Shown here: piece by piece, positions 35,871 through 46,025 of the stretch
How the letters are laid out: each line of letters begins with the position of its first letter
Numbering within the stretch: position 1 is the stretch's first letter
IMG/VR virus record: IMGVR_UViG_3300018080_000098
Span: 1 to 64,000 of that record
DNA: 64,000 nt
Reading direction: 5' to 3' (one strand)
Program-made: the position numbers and the translations under genes
Notes under the pieces: generated by a model
Databases searched by the model: none
Told to the model about the DNA's origin: nothing
The model's input: only the letters and a program-made list of their open reading frames with translations

Positions 35871-37069
35871 TAGAGAGTCGCCTTATCCATCTGGCGGTCC
35901 TTCATCACCTCCCGTTTCTTATCAAACAACAAAGGCAGCTCTTCGTACGGGCCGAACTCTTCCTCCAGGAATTCGCTAAACCTCTCCGCACAAAGTAACC
36001 GGAGGTCTGTGGGCATATCAAATGGATCCAGTTGCGCGCCACAAGAAAAACATTCTTTCTCATCTACACTAACCTGCACACCACACGTACAGAACTTGCG
36101 GAAGATGTTTACGGAGATTGTCTTTGCGTCTACCACTTCCCCCTTTTCAGCAGCACGACTGATCGTGTGCTCTTCCACCAAGGGAATACTCAAAAATTCG
36201 TAGATGGGTACACCGTCCACTCCCACCAATCCCGCTGACACCATCAACGCCGCAGCATTGATTCCCTCGTCTCGCAGGTTCAACGCAACCCAGTTGTCCA
36301 ACCGCCCGTTCGTTGGCGCGAAATGCCACTTCACCCCAGCCCATTCCACAGCCGCTGGTTTGATCTGAGCCAACCCCAGATTGGCCTTCAACTTCGCCAG
36401 CGCTGGGTGCTCCTTCTTTTTCGGGACCACACGCTCCAACGTGTACCCCTCTGCGATGTTCTCCGCTACCTGCCGCGCCTCCGCTGCACCTCCGTAGTCA
36501 CCTCGATTGCGCAGCTCCACCTCCTGGTCCAGAAGCTGCCGAAGCATCTCGGCACTGTTCTCAAACAGCGCCTGCTGCGCCGCTGATGCAGCAGCAGTAG
36601 GTTGCGCAGCAGCAGGAGCTTGCTGTGGCGCTCCCTCCTGCACCTGCTGGTACGCCTGGGCTTCACCAGGAGGAGGCCCCGCAGGTGACTGCCGCAAGTA
36701 ATCCGGCATCATCTCCTCAGCTTTGCTTTGAGCTGCCGGATTCGCCGCCGGTCCCCTTTGCTGAGCTCCCCTCTGCATCTCGGGCTTCTTCCCATCCTTG
36801 TCCGTCATACTAGGCTCGAACATCGGCACACCCTCACCAGCCTGCATCCGATGCGCCCGTTCGAGATCTTCGTTCGATACGGGGCGCACCCGACGCCCCA
36901 TCATCTGCTGGACGGGAGCGTTCGCCACAAACCCCGAAGGGTCATCCACGATGTTCCCCGAGTCTTCCGTAAGCCCCAGATCCTCCTCCACCGCTCCCGT
37001 TTCTCCCGAAGGAGTATCCGGACCTTCAGGTGGTCCACCGCTGTTGATGCCTGTTTTCTGCGTTCCCAT
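35804..37069 (-). CDS. Putative tail assembly chaperone (G-like) with a disordered N-terminal half
   Basis: Position between tube and tape measure genes; Q/P/A-rich N-terminus; CxC...CxxC; slippery heptamer near the 3' end. Confidence 0.6.
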   Translation of the reverse strand: MGTQKTGINSGGPPEGPDTPSGETGAVEEDLGLTEDSGNIVDDPSGFVANAPVQQMMGRRVRPVSNEDLERAHRMQAGEGVPMFEPSMTDKDGKKPEMQRGAQQRGPAANPAAQSKAEEMMPDYLRQSPAGPPPGEAQAYQQVQEGAPQQAPAAAQPTAAASAAQQALFENSAEMLRQLLDQEVELRNRGDYGGAAEARQVAENIAEGYTLERVVPKKKEHPALAKLKANLGLAQIKPAAVEWAGVKWHFAPTNGRLDNWVALNLRDEGINAAALMVSAGLVGVDGVPIYEFLSIPLVEEHTISRAAEKGEVVDAKTISVNIFRKFCTCGVQVSVDEKECFSCGAQLDPFDMPTDLRLLCAERFSEFLEEEFGPYEELPLLFDKKREVMKDRQMDKATLYPLAMPSQEVETTTNSQSGDES

Positions 37070-37083
37070 CTGTTAGCCTTTCT

Positions 37084-38235
37084 TTACGCTGCCAGGAAAT
37101 CCCATCTGCCAATGCCCCGGCCCCACTTGCGCGTGATCGCGTGTGGCACCAAAGGACAGTAGTAGTGAGACCCCTCTCGTTTAGCTGGTTGGACAGGGTG
37201 TGTTTGATTCAAAATATCAGCCCACTCAGATTGTTCCGATTTCACGTACGGGTGGAGCTCCACAAATTTGTCTACGTCCAAACATGGTTTATTGTTTTCC
37301 CCTTGAACGCGCATGATCGATTCGTGGATACCCAGCAGGCACATGTTGTCGATTACTGTGTACGCTCCGAATATCAAGTAGAAGGCGTAACCCAGCGCTG
37401 GGTGTAAACACTCCCTGATTACAGACTCCGGAAGCCTACGCCCGCTATGAGAAATTACGGGAAACTTGGCTACCCCTACTACAACATCTTCCCCCAACAA
37501 ACCCTCGCGAGGCTTCTGCAACCGAGTCAGTAAATCGAAGCTCTCCTCCAAATCACTATCCACCGCCTTCTCCGTCGCCTCCGCAAGCTGCTTCTCCGTT
37601 ACACGCCACCCCCGCTTCTGTGCTTTCTCAAGGAAAGGCGCAAGCGCTGTGTCCTCCTCTGTGTGGAAGAGCGCACGCGGAGAGGCAGCAATGATGTTGG
37701 GGTTGGTAGGAAGGGTGACAGCGGCAGCAATCTTCGTGTAGGGAATGAGCTTGAAGCGCGCTGCTTCTGTATCAGTAACGACACGCTGCAGCCGGTTCTG
37801 TATGAGAGCTACCCGGCTGGTGATGCTGCCACGGGCAAAGACTGCCAGAGAATCCACCACCTGCAAAATTTCGTCCGCTGTACGCGCCAGGTCTTGCAGC
37901 ATTCCAGCTGCTTCGTGGTCACTCGTCTCTTTCTTCGCTCCCTGCTGAAAACAAATGGAGGCACTCTCGAGCTTTGATTGCAAAACGTGCGCCCGGCGAG
38001 TGATGGTTTGTGGAAGGTGCTTGCCAGCTTGGATGTGCTTCCGCGTTCTCTCAAACGATAAGAAATTTAATAACTCTTCCGCAGTATTTGCAGCGTCCAA
38101 TACAAGCTGGAGCACACCCTCCACCACTTGAGCTGTGCGCACGCGTCGCAGAGAGCTCCTAGTTGGTTGAGTAGTTTTGTGGTAGTCCTTGAATTTATAA
38201 GAGGTTGTGGGTGTTCGAGATCTCGTTGTTCGCAT
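37084..38235 (-). CDS. Hypothetical virion-region protein
   Basis: 383-aa ORF. Confidence 0.7.
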   Translation of the reverse strand: MRTTRSRTPTTSYKFKDYHKTTQPTRSSLRRVRTAQVVEGVLQLVLDAANTAEELLNFLSFERTRKHIQAGKHLPQTITRRAHVLQSKLESASICFQQGAKKETSDHEAAGMLQDLARTADEILQVVDSLAVFARGSITSRVALIQNRLQRVVTDTEAARFKLIPYTKIAAAVTLPTNPNIIAASPRALFHTEEDTALAPFLEKAQKRGWRVTEKQLAEATEKAVDSDLEESFDLLTRLQKPREGLLGEDVVVGVAKFPVISHSGRRLPESVIRECLHPALGYAFYLIFGAYTVIDNMCLLGIHESIMRVQGENNKPCLDVDKFVELHPYVKSEQSEWADILNQTHPVQPAKREGSHYYCPLVPHAITRKWGRGIGRWDFLAA

Positions 38236-38450
38236 TAGCCGCCCGCTTCCTTGATAAACTTGACAGCGTCATGTTTATTTTACAATGGATCTACTGATTT
38301 TGAGTGATAGCTTCAGAGAACCAGTGAAAGTTTAGCAGATCTGCCCCCAGATCCGCAACCCAAACAACACAATATTTTTGACGAAAGGTAGACCAGACTA
38401 CAAGGATATGCAGTCCACCTGTAGAATTACAGGAAAGAGGAGGAGCTCAG

Positions 38451-38993
38451 CTAGGCGATGATCTGCCGCGCGACGTAGTTGAATTGGAAGTTCGCGATGA
38501 CCCTCGCGTTCCCTCCAGCCTCGTAAGCTGTTTCGTTACGGTCGGTTAGCCAGCAGCCACGGTACACCCAGATGCGGTACTCGCTAACACCGCGCCACCA
38601 GAACTCGTGCGCGGTGAAGGGATGCGTCTGCTCGATGAGGTCGTTCAGCTGACCCTGGCCCTTCAGACCCAGCTGAATATCGATCTCCTTGTCCCACATC
38701 TCGGCCACAGTCGCCGCGATGGTCAAGCCCTCCCACCGACCAGGCACGTAATCCACCGGCTTGCCCCACGTGAGGTCACTGAGCTCGTAGACGTGCTCAC
38801 CACCACGTGCCCAGGCACCCGACGTGTCCCAGCTTTGGATACGCCCAATCACGTTCCCGTCCACAGCAATCGAAATACCGTGGTACGTTTTGCTCGTTGG
38901 AGCATGCTCATGACTGTAGTCGAGCGGTGCAGACTCTTGACCGTACGGGTTCCCAGCATAAGGTTCGTAGTTTAGTTCCGCCGGTGCTGGCAT
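38451..38993 (-). CDS. Tail tube protein (T4 gp19-like)
   Basis: ISIAVDGNVIGRIQSW...YELSD...VDYVPG...YRGCWLT; located near the sheath gene. Confidence 0.7.
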   Translation of the reverse strand: MPAPAELNYEPYAGNPYGQESAPLDYSHEHAPTSKTYHGISIAVDGNVIGRIQSWDTSGAWARGGEHVYELSDLTWGKPVDYVPGRWEGLTIAATVAEMWDKEIDIQLGLKGQGQLNDLIEQTHPFTAHEFWWRGVSEYRIWVYRGCWLTDRNETAYEAGGNARVIANFQFNYVARQIIA

Positions 38994-39013
38994 GAATCAC
39001 ATCCTTCCAAGGA

Positions 39014-39364
39014 TTACTGCAACGCTTCGAGGACCTTCGCCAGGTCAGGCAATGCAGCTTTGGCGTTTCCCAATTTCTTAGTAGTGGCCGCGCTCTCACT
39101 CCAAGCGGCAATCCGCAACACACTACGTAGCTTGAGCTCCTTGCTCGAGTCCTGCTCCGTCCCCGCGAGCGCCAGGGCAATCTCCCGTACCAGAGTACCG
39201 TTCGGACCCTCCGGTAGCTCCTTCACACCAAGGTACGTGCACGCCAACCTGACACCGTGTTCAGACAGCTCTTCACCCAACTTGATGGCATCCTCGTGAT
39301 GACCAGCCAAAGCAAGCTTGCGCTGGATGGCCTTCAACTCTCTGTAGGCAACAGCTTTCTGCAT
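39014..39364 (-). CDS. Hypothetical protein
   Basis: Tail operon ORF. Confidence 0.65.
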   Translation of the reverse strand: MQKAVAYRELKAIQRKLALAGHHEDAIKLGEELSEHGVRLACTYLGVKELPEGPNGTLVREIALALAGTEQDSSKELKLRSVLRIAAWSESAATTKKLGNAKAALPDLAKVLEALQ

Positions 39365-39375
39365 AGCAAATCTCG

Positions 39376-39813
39376 TTAGACTGTCGTCGCTTTGATGATT
39401 TCCTGGCCAGCGGGCAGTTGCACACTTACCTCAGTTTGTCCGAACAATATAAATCTAACTATTTTTTCTTCCACCAAATCCAGGTTCTCCACAGAAACGA
39501 CATGCCTCGTCGCCGCTGTAGTATCCAAATCGATCTGCGGTGTGAAATCATAGTCCCGCAAAGCAGGAGAAGGAACGTCCTCGTCTACCACAGTGTACTG
39601 GTACGTACCGCTGTAAAGAGGATTGTCTCCGAAGCCCAGGTCGAGAACGTGAACGATCGTTAGATGCACACTCGACCCACTCGAATTGTACAAACGAATC
39701 AACGGGTCGAAAATGAACTTCGCCGTTTGCATTTCATCTTCGACGGTAAACGAGATGGTCTCGCCAGGGTCGAGCCGGTACGGCCACAAAAATTTAACGG
39801 GAACCAAGCTCAT
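39376..39813 (-). CDS. Hypothetical structural protein
   Basis: Tail operon ORF. Confidence 0.65.
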   Translation of the reverse strand: MSLVPVKFLWPYRLDPGETISFTVEDEMQTAKFIFDPLIRLYNSSGSSVHLTIVHVLDLGFGDNPLYSGTYQYTVVDEDVPSPALRDYDFTPQIDLDTTAATRHVVSVENLDLVEEKIVRFILFGQTEVSVQLPAGQEIIKATTV

Positions 39814-39823
39814 AGTTTCGCCT

Positions 39824-40237
39824 CTAGTCAGGGTGCCTTTCGCGCCCTTCCTCGTCCCAGGTGTTCGCGTGGTCCTTCACAGGCTTCCCAGACAACATCG
39901 GATTCGTCGCAATGTCGTGGTAGGGAAGCTCGTCACTCACCGATACCTCGTTCTCCGTGTATCCCGTACGACCGTCCTGGAGCTCCACCTCAAAACGAAC
40001 TCGTAGATGGTTCTGCAAAGGAGGATGGATGAAAAATATCCAGTACCCCTCTTCACCCTCGTTGTAGTCCCGCTCCTCGAGCTCCTTCGTCAAAATGGCT
40101 TCGCCACCCTTAGTCAAAGAAACCAGACCAGACTCCAACATCCGATGAAGAGAGGTACCGTCCTCCTCCTGAAGCACAGCCGCCACCTGCACCATGTCCT
40201 GCGTGCCGTGGTACGTCGCTATCGCCTCAATTACCAA
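39824..40237 (-). CDS. Hypothetical structural protein (Ig-like?)
   Basis: Tail operon ORF, beta-rich. Confidence 0.6.
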   Translation of the reverse strand: MVIEAIATYHGTQDMVQVAAVLQEEDGTSLHRMLESGLVSLTKGGEAILTKELEERDYNEGEEGYWIFFIHPPLQNHLRVRFEVELQDGRTGYTENEVSVSDELPYHDIATNPMLSGKPVKDHANTWDEEGRERHPD

Positions 40238-40240
40238 CTA

Positions 40241-43200
40241 CTACGCCTCGTCCTGACGCGCGTCCCAGAACTTCGTGTCCACCGAGAACAGACCGTACAG
40301 CCGCTTGATCGGATACCGGATGTTGTACCAGTACCCGAAGTGGTACAGCGTTCGGTCCTGCTCATCCACAAACACGTAAATGTCCGTCGCAGGATTGATC
40401 GGCCGCGGAGCTGGCGGGTCCAGCTCGTCCCCGTAACGCGAAATAACCTTCGAAGAAACTATCTGCGAAAGGTCGTCCGCCAGGAAAGACCGCACAATCG
40501 CTACACCCGCTGCAGCACTCGGAGGTACAATGGCTACCAGAGCTTCGTCCATGTCGCGCGCAATCTTGCGCGTTACATAGATCTTCTGGTTCATCGCACT
40601 GATTTCCTTCAAGTCCTGCGGCGACGGCGTCACCGTCGTAGACTGCTCGAATCGGAACAGCCCACCACCCACAGACGAGCAGTACAGAATCAACGAGCTC
40701 CCCAGGATAATCTCCTCCTGCTCGTTCCACGTCTGCATGTCGTCGAACGCCGGTACATCCTTCCGCAACAACGTAGTCGAGGGAGCCCGGAACGCCGCGT
40801 TGTACGCCGCAGCGTACGCCGCCAAGAACGACCCGTCCAACGTCACCGTCGTCACCGTACCATCGTCCAGAATCACCGTCCGGTCCACCGAAGTGTTCCC
40901 CAGCAGAACGATGTGACCCCGACCAGGGTTGTCCCCGCTGAACTGCAGCGTCTTCGTCGCCAGATAAACTAGCGTGTCCGGAGTGTCCGAATCACCCAAC
41001 GGAGTTCCAATCGGCACACCCTGCCACAGCATTCGTTCCGCGTTCTCAAACGGGTCCGCCATCCGCTCGATAGATGCCTTCGCCTCCGCCAGCGCCGGAT
41101 AGAAGTTCACCACTACCAGATCGGTGATGTCCTTCACCGTCTCCGTAGCCTGGATGGCCCGACGGAAGTCCGCCGTCGTGAACACCCGGTTGCCCGCAGC
41201 ATCCCGCACCTGACAGAAGTACGCGCCGAAGAAACTCGTGTCGAACGCGATGTCCCCAGCTATCCAGATGAAGTTGTCCGTCGCCTTCGGACCCAACCCA
41301 CGCTCCATGTCCTCACGTGTGAGGTAACGCGTGGGAGTCTCGTACTCGCTCGTCAACCGAAGCCGCTGAGCGCTCACGTAGTAAATGTTCCCCGGGTCCG
41401 GTTCCCTACCTCGATGCTCGTACTTCACCTCTACATCTACACCCGGATCACCAGACAGCATCAGGTACGAAGTGTTCTCCCCAGCATCCTGAACGATGGT
41501 GTAGGACAACAACGTCCCATCTGTAGCCTTCTTGACCCAGATCACCGATTCCGGAGTATCACTGAGAATAACGTACCAACTCGTGGGCACCCCGGTAACT
41601 TGACCCATCGGGTCCTGGTACACCTCATCCGCCGGAATAGTTTCCGTTGCCCGCGTTCTCAGCGACCAGTCTACCAAGTCCTCATTCACCGTAGTGAAAT
41701 TGAACTTGTCGTTGGTGGCAAATTGGTTTGTCGTGTCCGTCGTCGGGAAATTTCGCACGGACAAATCAATGTTGTCCGACATGCTCACGTACGGGTCCGC
41801 AGCCGCCACCGTGAAACTACCGAAGCTCCCCTCGTACGTATTCGTGTACCACGCTACCACCATCGAGGTAGCTGGGCCCGGCGTCGGCGTAAGTGCCCCC
41901 ACCGTCAACGAGTACAGCCGGTCGTCCTTCGCTGTGTAGTCCTTCCGAGCCGCCCGCGCCACGAACGTCCAGGTGTCGCCCTCAACGAAGTTGAATGCCT
42001 GGCGATGCCGTGCGTACTTCGCCGCGAAGTCGTTCAGGAAGTTAATCGCACTGGTGAGGTCCGTGATAGTGATGTCGTCCAGCACGAAAACATCGTCAAT
42101 CGGAATGTGCATCACTGCGTCACTGATGTGAGCCGTGTACAACGTTTGGAGCTCTACGCAAGCTGCCAGAAGCTCCGTCAAGTTGGTCGGAGCAGCTACT
42201 GTAGTCTGGTGCTGGCTCGTTGCCGGTACACCGCCAGAGTGGAATACAGGAGGTCCGGGGTTACTGTCGTTGTCGTGTGCATCGTACTGCGTCTGCGCAT
42301 CCGCACACAACGCCAGTGCGGTAGCCAGGTCCGCTGCAGTACCAGCTGTGATAACATTCACAGCATCCACTGCAACGTGGCCCGCACCCAGATTGAAATC
42401 AACGTAAATTCCATCCTCGAGATGAATGCCCGTCAACGGGTACTGCGCTACGTTGTTCTCCCGAATCTGAATGAGCCCCTCGGTGTACGGGTCCTCATCC
42501 CACGCCGACCACACTACGTTGAACTCGCGGTTACCCGAAGGACCATCACCCTGCGGACCGGGACCAGACGGGTAGTACACCTGCAGCTTGTAGTGACGAT
42601 CGTATTCGCCTGTGTAATTCGTGGAATCGTTGAGCGTGATCTCTCCCGACCCACTAGCTGCAGCCGCCGTCAGATGGTTGAGCCCCTCAGCAGGCTCCGA
42701 CACCTCCGAGAACTGATTGTCGTTGTCGTGCGCACTCGAGAGCTCGATGAGCCCGGGACCGAAGCTGTCCCAAGTGAACACGTCGTCCGTGTTGTAGTCG
42801 CCTGGTGTGAAATCGAAAACCAGCACTATGTCGTCGCTGAACCCGTAGTTCACTGCTGTAGACAGCGTGATAGTGTCGGTGAATGGTGCAACACCGGGCC
42901 GGGTAGCCGTGAATTGGTAAGAACGGCCTGCAGGCAGGGCGGCGGTGCCAACAAACGAAGAGTGCTCTGGCACCTTGTTGACTTGGCTATTTCCACCCGA
43001 AAGTGGAGTGACCACGAGCTCAAAGGTAGCGTCCACCCCTGCATTGAATGCACGGCAGTACAGCGTGTACTGCATCGAGTAATCACGCGAGTACGCGGAG
43101 GTGCTGTCGTGTGACACGAGCCCCACACCAGTACCAGCACTCTTTGCGACGATGGTGTTGCGTCCCGTCAGCTGCGAGTTGTTCGGGTCCGAGATCAGGG

Positions 43201-43771
43201 CGTCGGGGTCCCCGCCAATCACGTCACCCAAAATCTCCGTGACGACACGATAGTCCGTGAACTCTTTATAGAGATCCTGACCTTCCGTGTCCCCCACCAG
43301 CATCATCTGGCGAAGCTGGTCGAAGTTCAACGGGTCCTTGATGTCGTCGCGCTCTACGCTCTGATAATCGATCAGATACGTCGCGTGCTTGTCGAACTTC
43401 GTCAGCTGAATCTCCACCCGGTCCCACACACCAGAACCCGGTACCGACTCCCGGAATGCCCACTTGTCCGTTGGCACTACCTCTTTGTTCTGCTTGTACA
43501 GCGTGGTCACGATTTCCTGATCGTTCAACGCCGCGTACGGCAGCACAGCTTGATAGGGAGGAGTCAGAGAAAAAGACAGCTGCTGGTTCTCTACGTACGA
43601 CCGACGATGCGGTACGTTCACCTCGAGCTTCAACCGGCTACCCACACCCACGTAACAAGGATACCGCGGGTTGCCAGGGTCGGTAGAGGGCCGCGGAATC
43701 GCTACGTAGCCAATGTACGCGCCCGGTCGTACCCACCGACTATTTGTTAGACGGAAGTCGCCAATCGCCAT
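40241..43771 (-). CDS. Contractile tail sheath protein (large)
   Basis: N-terminal RPGAYI; C-terminal sheath-like region (FLAAYAAA...STTLLRK...LKEIS...YPIKRLYGLF); upstream of the tube gene. Confidence 0.75.
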   Translation of the reverse strand: MAIGDFRLTNSRWVRPGAYIGYVAIPRPSTDPGNPRYPCYVGVGSRLKLEVNVPHRRSYVENQQLSFSLTPPYQAVLPYAALNDQEIVTTLYKQNKEVVPTDKWAFRESVPGSGVWDRVEIQLTKFDKHATYLIDYQSVERDDIKDPLNFDQLRQMMLVGDTEGQDLYKEFTDYRVVTEILGDVIGGDPDALISDPNNSQLTGRNTIVAKSAGTGVGLVSHDSTSAYSRDYSMQYTLYCRAFNAGVDATFELVVTPLSGGNSQVNKVPEHSSFVGTAALPAGRSYQFTATRPGVAPFTDTITLSTAVNYGFSDDIVLVFDFTPGDYNTDDVFTWDSFGPGLIELSSAHDNDNQFSEVSEPAEGLNHLTAAAASGSGEITLNDSTNYTGEYDRHYKLQVYYPSGPGPQGDGPSGNREFNVVWSAWDEDPYTEGLIQIRENNVAQYPLTGIHLEDGIYVDFNLGAGHVAVDAVNVITAGTAADLATALALCADAQTQYDAHDNDSNPGPPVFHSGGVPATSQHQTTVAAPTNLTELLAACVELQTLYTAHISDAVMHIPIDDVFVLDDITITDLTSAINFLNDFAAKYARHRQAFNFVEGDTWTFVARAARKDYTAKDDRLYSLTVGALTPTPGPATSMVVAWYTNTYEGSFGSFTVAAADPYVSMSDNIDLSVRNFPTTDTTNQFATNDKFNFTTVNEDLVDWSLRTRATETIPADEVYQDPMGQVTGVPTSWYVILSDTPESVIWVKKATDGTLLSYTIVQDAGENTSYLMLSGDPGVDVEVKYEHRGREPDPGNIYYVSAQRLRLTSEYETPTRYLTREDMERGLGPKATDNFIWIAGDIAFDTSFFGAYFCQVRDAAGNRVFTTADFRRAIQATETVKDITDLVVVNFYPALAEAKASIERMADPFENAERMLWQGVPIGTPLGDSDTPDTLVYLATKTLQFSGDNPGRGHIVLLGNTSVDRTVILDDGTVTTVTLDGSFLAAYAAAYNAAFRAPSTTLLRKDVPAFDDMQTWNEQEEIILGSSLILYCSSVGGGLFRFEQSTTVTPSPQDLKEISAMNQKIYVTRKIARDMDEALVAIVPPSAAAGVAIVRSFLADDLSQIVSSKVISRYGDELDPPAPRPINPATDIYVFVDEQDRTLYHFGYWYNIRYPIKRLYGLFSVDTKFWDARQDEA

Positions 43772-43918
43772 GATCGATCTCCTTCAGATTTTTACTTCTT
43801 CTGACGCAAAGCTGTTTCAGGTCTGCGTGGCTGGAAGTTGTAGAAGTACAACTTGGACCGCTTGTCCAACATAGAATAACTAGTTTGCACCATCAGAAAC
43901 ACCGCATTACCTAGATAT

Positions 43919-44932
43919 TCAACGGGCCACTACCGTCACTTCCTTTTCAGCCACTATCGTTCCTACATGACGCGGCTTCGTAGGCTCAGGCTTCACTTCC
44001 GTTTGCCCCTTCGCCACCATGATCTTGAACGTCCCCAACCTCTTCGGCCAAATTACCCAATGCGTCTTGTCCTGATATATCAACGCTACCTTCGAATCGT
44101 TGCTGTACACCCGAACCGGGTAAGGCATCTGCTGTATCCCAAACCGCGACTTCTTGTTCAATCGTACCTTGTCTGGAGCGTTCAGTTGAATAGACCCCTG
44201 CTGCGGAAGATACTTCGGGTGAGCACTGTATTGAATATACGTGCTGTTCTCGAACTCCACCGTCATACTGCAGGACGCCTGCCACAGCTGCCGCCGAGGA
44301 TCTCCATCTAACGATGAATGAGATTTTGCACTCATCGAGTGAGTCAACGGAACTCGCACCTCCCAATAAATCCCGTGCCGCGTGTCCGGAGGCCGCAGAA
44401 TATAATTACACGTGAACCGCTGAAACTGCCCGAACGCCGCACTCACAAAAGCTTCCAGGTCTTCTATCTGCTGCTCATCCGTTGCTGCGCAAACAATCTC
44501 TATCGGAATCGGTATCACATCCATCACACGAACTATCTGCGTGTGGTTCCTGTCCCGAGCGTTTATCCCCGACGTCAAGCTTCCTAACGATGCAGGCTTG
44601 TATTCGTACCCGCCGTCCTGAATGAATATCTGCGGCGGAGCTCTCCGCATCCCAGAGAAGTACCGAGCAATCTGTAGATGCCGCTTGTCAGAATCCCGGT
44701 CCAGCACCTCGTTGACCACGAACTCATCCATGAAAGTCGCAAAGTGTTTGAAGAACTTTCTGAACTGCCCCTTCTCGTGCACACACGCTTCCAGGTACTT
44801 CTGGAGGGTGAGCTTCGTGATTTTGAGATACTGGGAGATATCCCCGTGGTACAGCCCACCGATAGCCGACCTGTCTAGGTCGTCCACCTGAATAAAGTGT
44901 GGCAGCTTTCGTTGAAGGTCCGTAGTCGACAT
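43919..44932 (-). CDS. Putative tail completion/terminator protein
   Basis: Directly upstream of the sheath gene; the function is inferred from synteny only. Confidence 0.5.
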   Translation of the reverse strand: MSTTDLQRKLPHFIQVDDLDRSAIGGLYHGDISQYLKITKLTLQKYLEACVHEKGQFRKFFKHFATFMDEFVVNEVLDRDSDKRHLQIARYFSGMRRAPPQIFIQDGGYEYKPASLGSLTSGINARDRNHTQIVRVMDVIPIPIEIVCAATDEQQIEDLEAFVSAAFGQFQRFTCNYILRPPDTRHGIYWEVRVPLTHSMSAKSHSSLDGDPRRQLWQASCSMTVEFENSTYIQYSAHPKYLPQQGSIQLNAPDKVRLNKKSRFGIQQMPYPVRVYSNDSKVALIYQDKTHWVIWPKRLGTFKIMVAKGQTEVKPEPTKPRHVGTIVAEKEVTVVAR

Positions 44933-45652
44933 CTAGTTCGCAGGCTCGGTGGAGGGGGCGCTCTTCACTAGCGAGAGCTCTTTCATTGTTCGGTAGGCGG
45001 CAGAGTAGTACTTCCCGTAACCACGCTTCGTAAAGAGAGCTCCACTTTTCGCGTCACCCAAACTCTGTTTCAGTCTCTTCTTCACATACTTCGGGAAAGG
45101 GCACATCCAAAAGTAGAAGCTCTTGGTGAACTCCTTCGAGCGCCGTTCGATGTACTCGTCATCAATAGCCACTCCGTTCCAATGGCGAACCGCTATGGAC
45201 AGACCGTACATCTGAAATTCCCAGTGAGCTCGGAAGAACCCAAAGGGTGGGAAAGACACCAGAGCACACCCCAGCACGAAAATCAGCCCAGCCCACCAAG
45301 GAAGCCACACGAAGAACATCCAACCAAAGAGCAGCGCTGGAACCAAATAGACCGGAGTACCCAGCAGGTACAGAGCACCAAAGAGGAACCGTGTGAGCTT
45401 CTTGGCCTGCAGCCCATGGCCAGCCTCGTGCCACAACGTGCGCCAGCCAGCCCTATCCTTCCCCGGACATCCCACTGTGAACCCGAGAGTTGTGTAGTAG
45501 CGCTCCATGTAGTCTGGATTGCCAAATACTTTCAGGAGTTTCCCGATGGTTCGATGTAGCCACGAGTCTTCCTTCGAGATAATTTTGAGCTTCGGGACGA
45601 ACTCCTTGCACGTCGCCACCGTAGCATCGTAAATTTCCAGGTCTGTAGGCAT
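44933..45652 (-). CDS. Membrane protein
   Basis: HEAGHG (HExxH) followed by transmembrane segments and a later HWEFQMY; possible zinc metallopeptidase. Confidence 0.65.
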   Translation of the reverse strand: MPTDLEIYDATVATCKEFVPKLKIISKEDSWLHRTIGKLLKVFGNPDYMERYYTTLGFTVGCPGKDRAGWRTLWHEAGHGLQAKKLTRFLFGALYLLGTPVYLVPALLFGWMFFVWLPWWAGLIFVLGCALVSFPPFGFFRAHWEFQMYGLSIAVRHWNGVAIDDEYIERRSKEFTKSFYFWMCPFPKYVKKRLKQSLGDAKSGALFTKRGYGKYYSAAYRTMKELSLVKSAPSTEPAN

Positions 45653-45702
45653 ACCAAGTCCTCGGTTTCGTTGGCCTAACAGAAGCTAACTAGACCGCCT
45701 AC

Positions 45703-45745
45703 AAAAAATTGGCCCCCTGGCCGATGGAAGGGAAGCCAGGGGGCC
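45703..45745 (-). terminator. Intrinsic terminator
   Basis: 11-bp GC stem GGCCCCCTGGC/GCCAGGGGGCC followed by a U-tract on the minus strand. Confidence 0.8.
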
Positions 45746-45895
45746 TGTCCAAGGAAAGCAGAATGGGTCGCCACGTAATAATCACCACCAGTTGGAGCGG
45801 TGTAACCCACCCAGTGGTGAGGTAGCAATGGAGTCCAGATGGACCTGTGTTGCTACCAGAACCTAACCTGATTTTTCGTATTATTTCTTGGAGAG

Positions 45896-45968
45896 AAAAA
45901 GGTGCGCGGAGGTAGGAAGACCTTGGGGGGACTGGGGAGGGGGAAAGGCTGGGCCACCAACCTCCGCG
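45896..45968 (-). terminator. Long hairpin/terminator with a C-rich loop
   Basis: GCGCGGAGGT/ACCTCCGCGC stem, followed by CTTTTT on the minus strand. Confidence 0.6.
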
Positions 45969-46025
45969 CTATCCGGATTTTTGTAGTTTCTAACAGATGC
46001 CCAAACGGAAGTCAAGTAGAAAATG

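Noticed and set aside
32572-38235. Lower-GC3 block as a foreign insertion
   Set aside because: The shift is visible by eye but I could not quantify it, and the genes fit the native tail module in order and frameshift logic.
41414-43114. Long plus-strand ORFs (also 16561-18114, 51173-52639, 15974-17290, 27144-28451, 1390-2352)
   Set aside because: They are antisense shadows of well-supported minus-strand genes in GC-rich DNA, with Arg/His/Pro-rich composition and no motifs.
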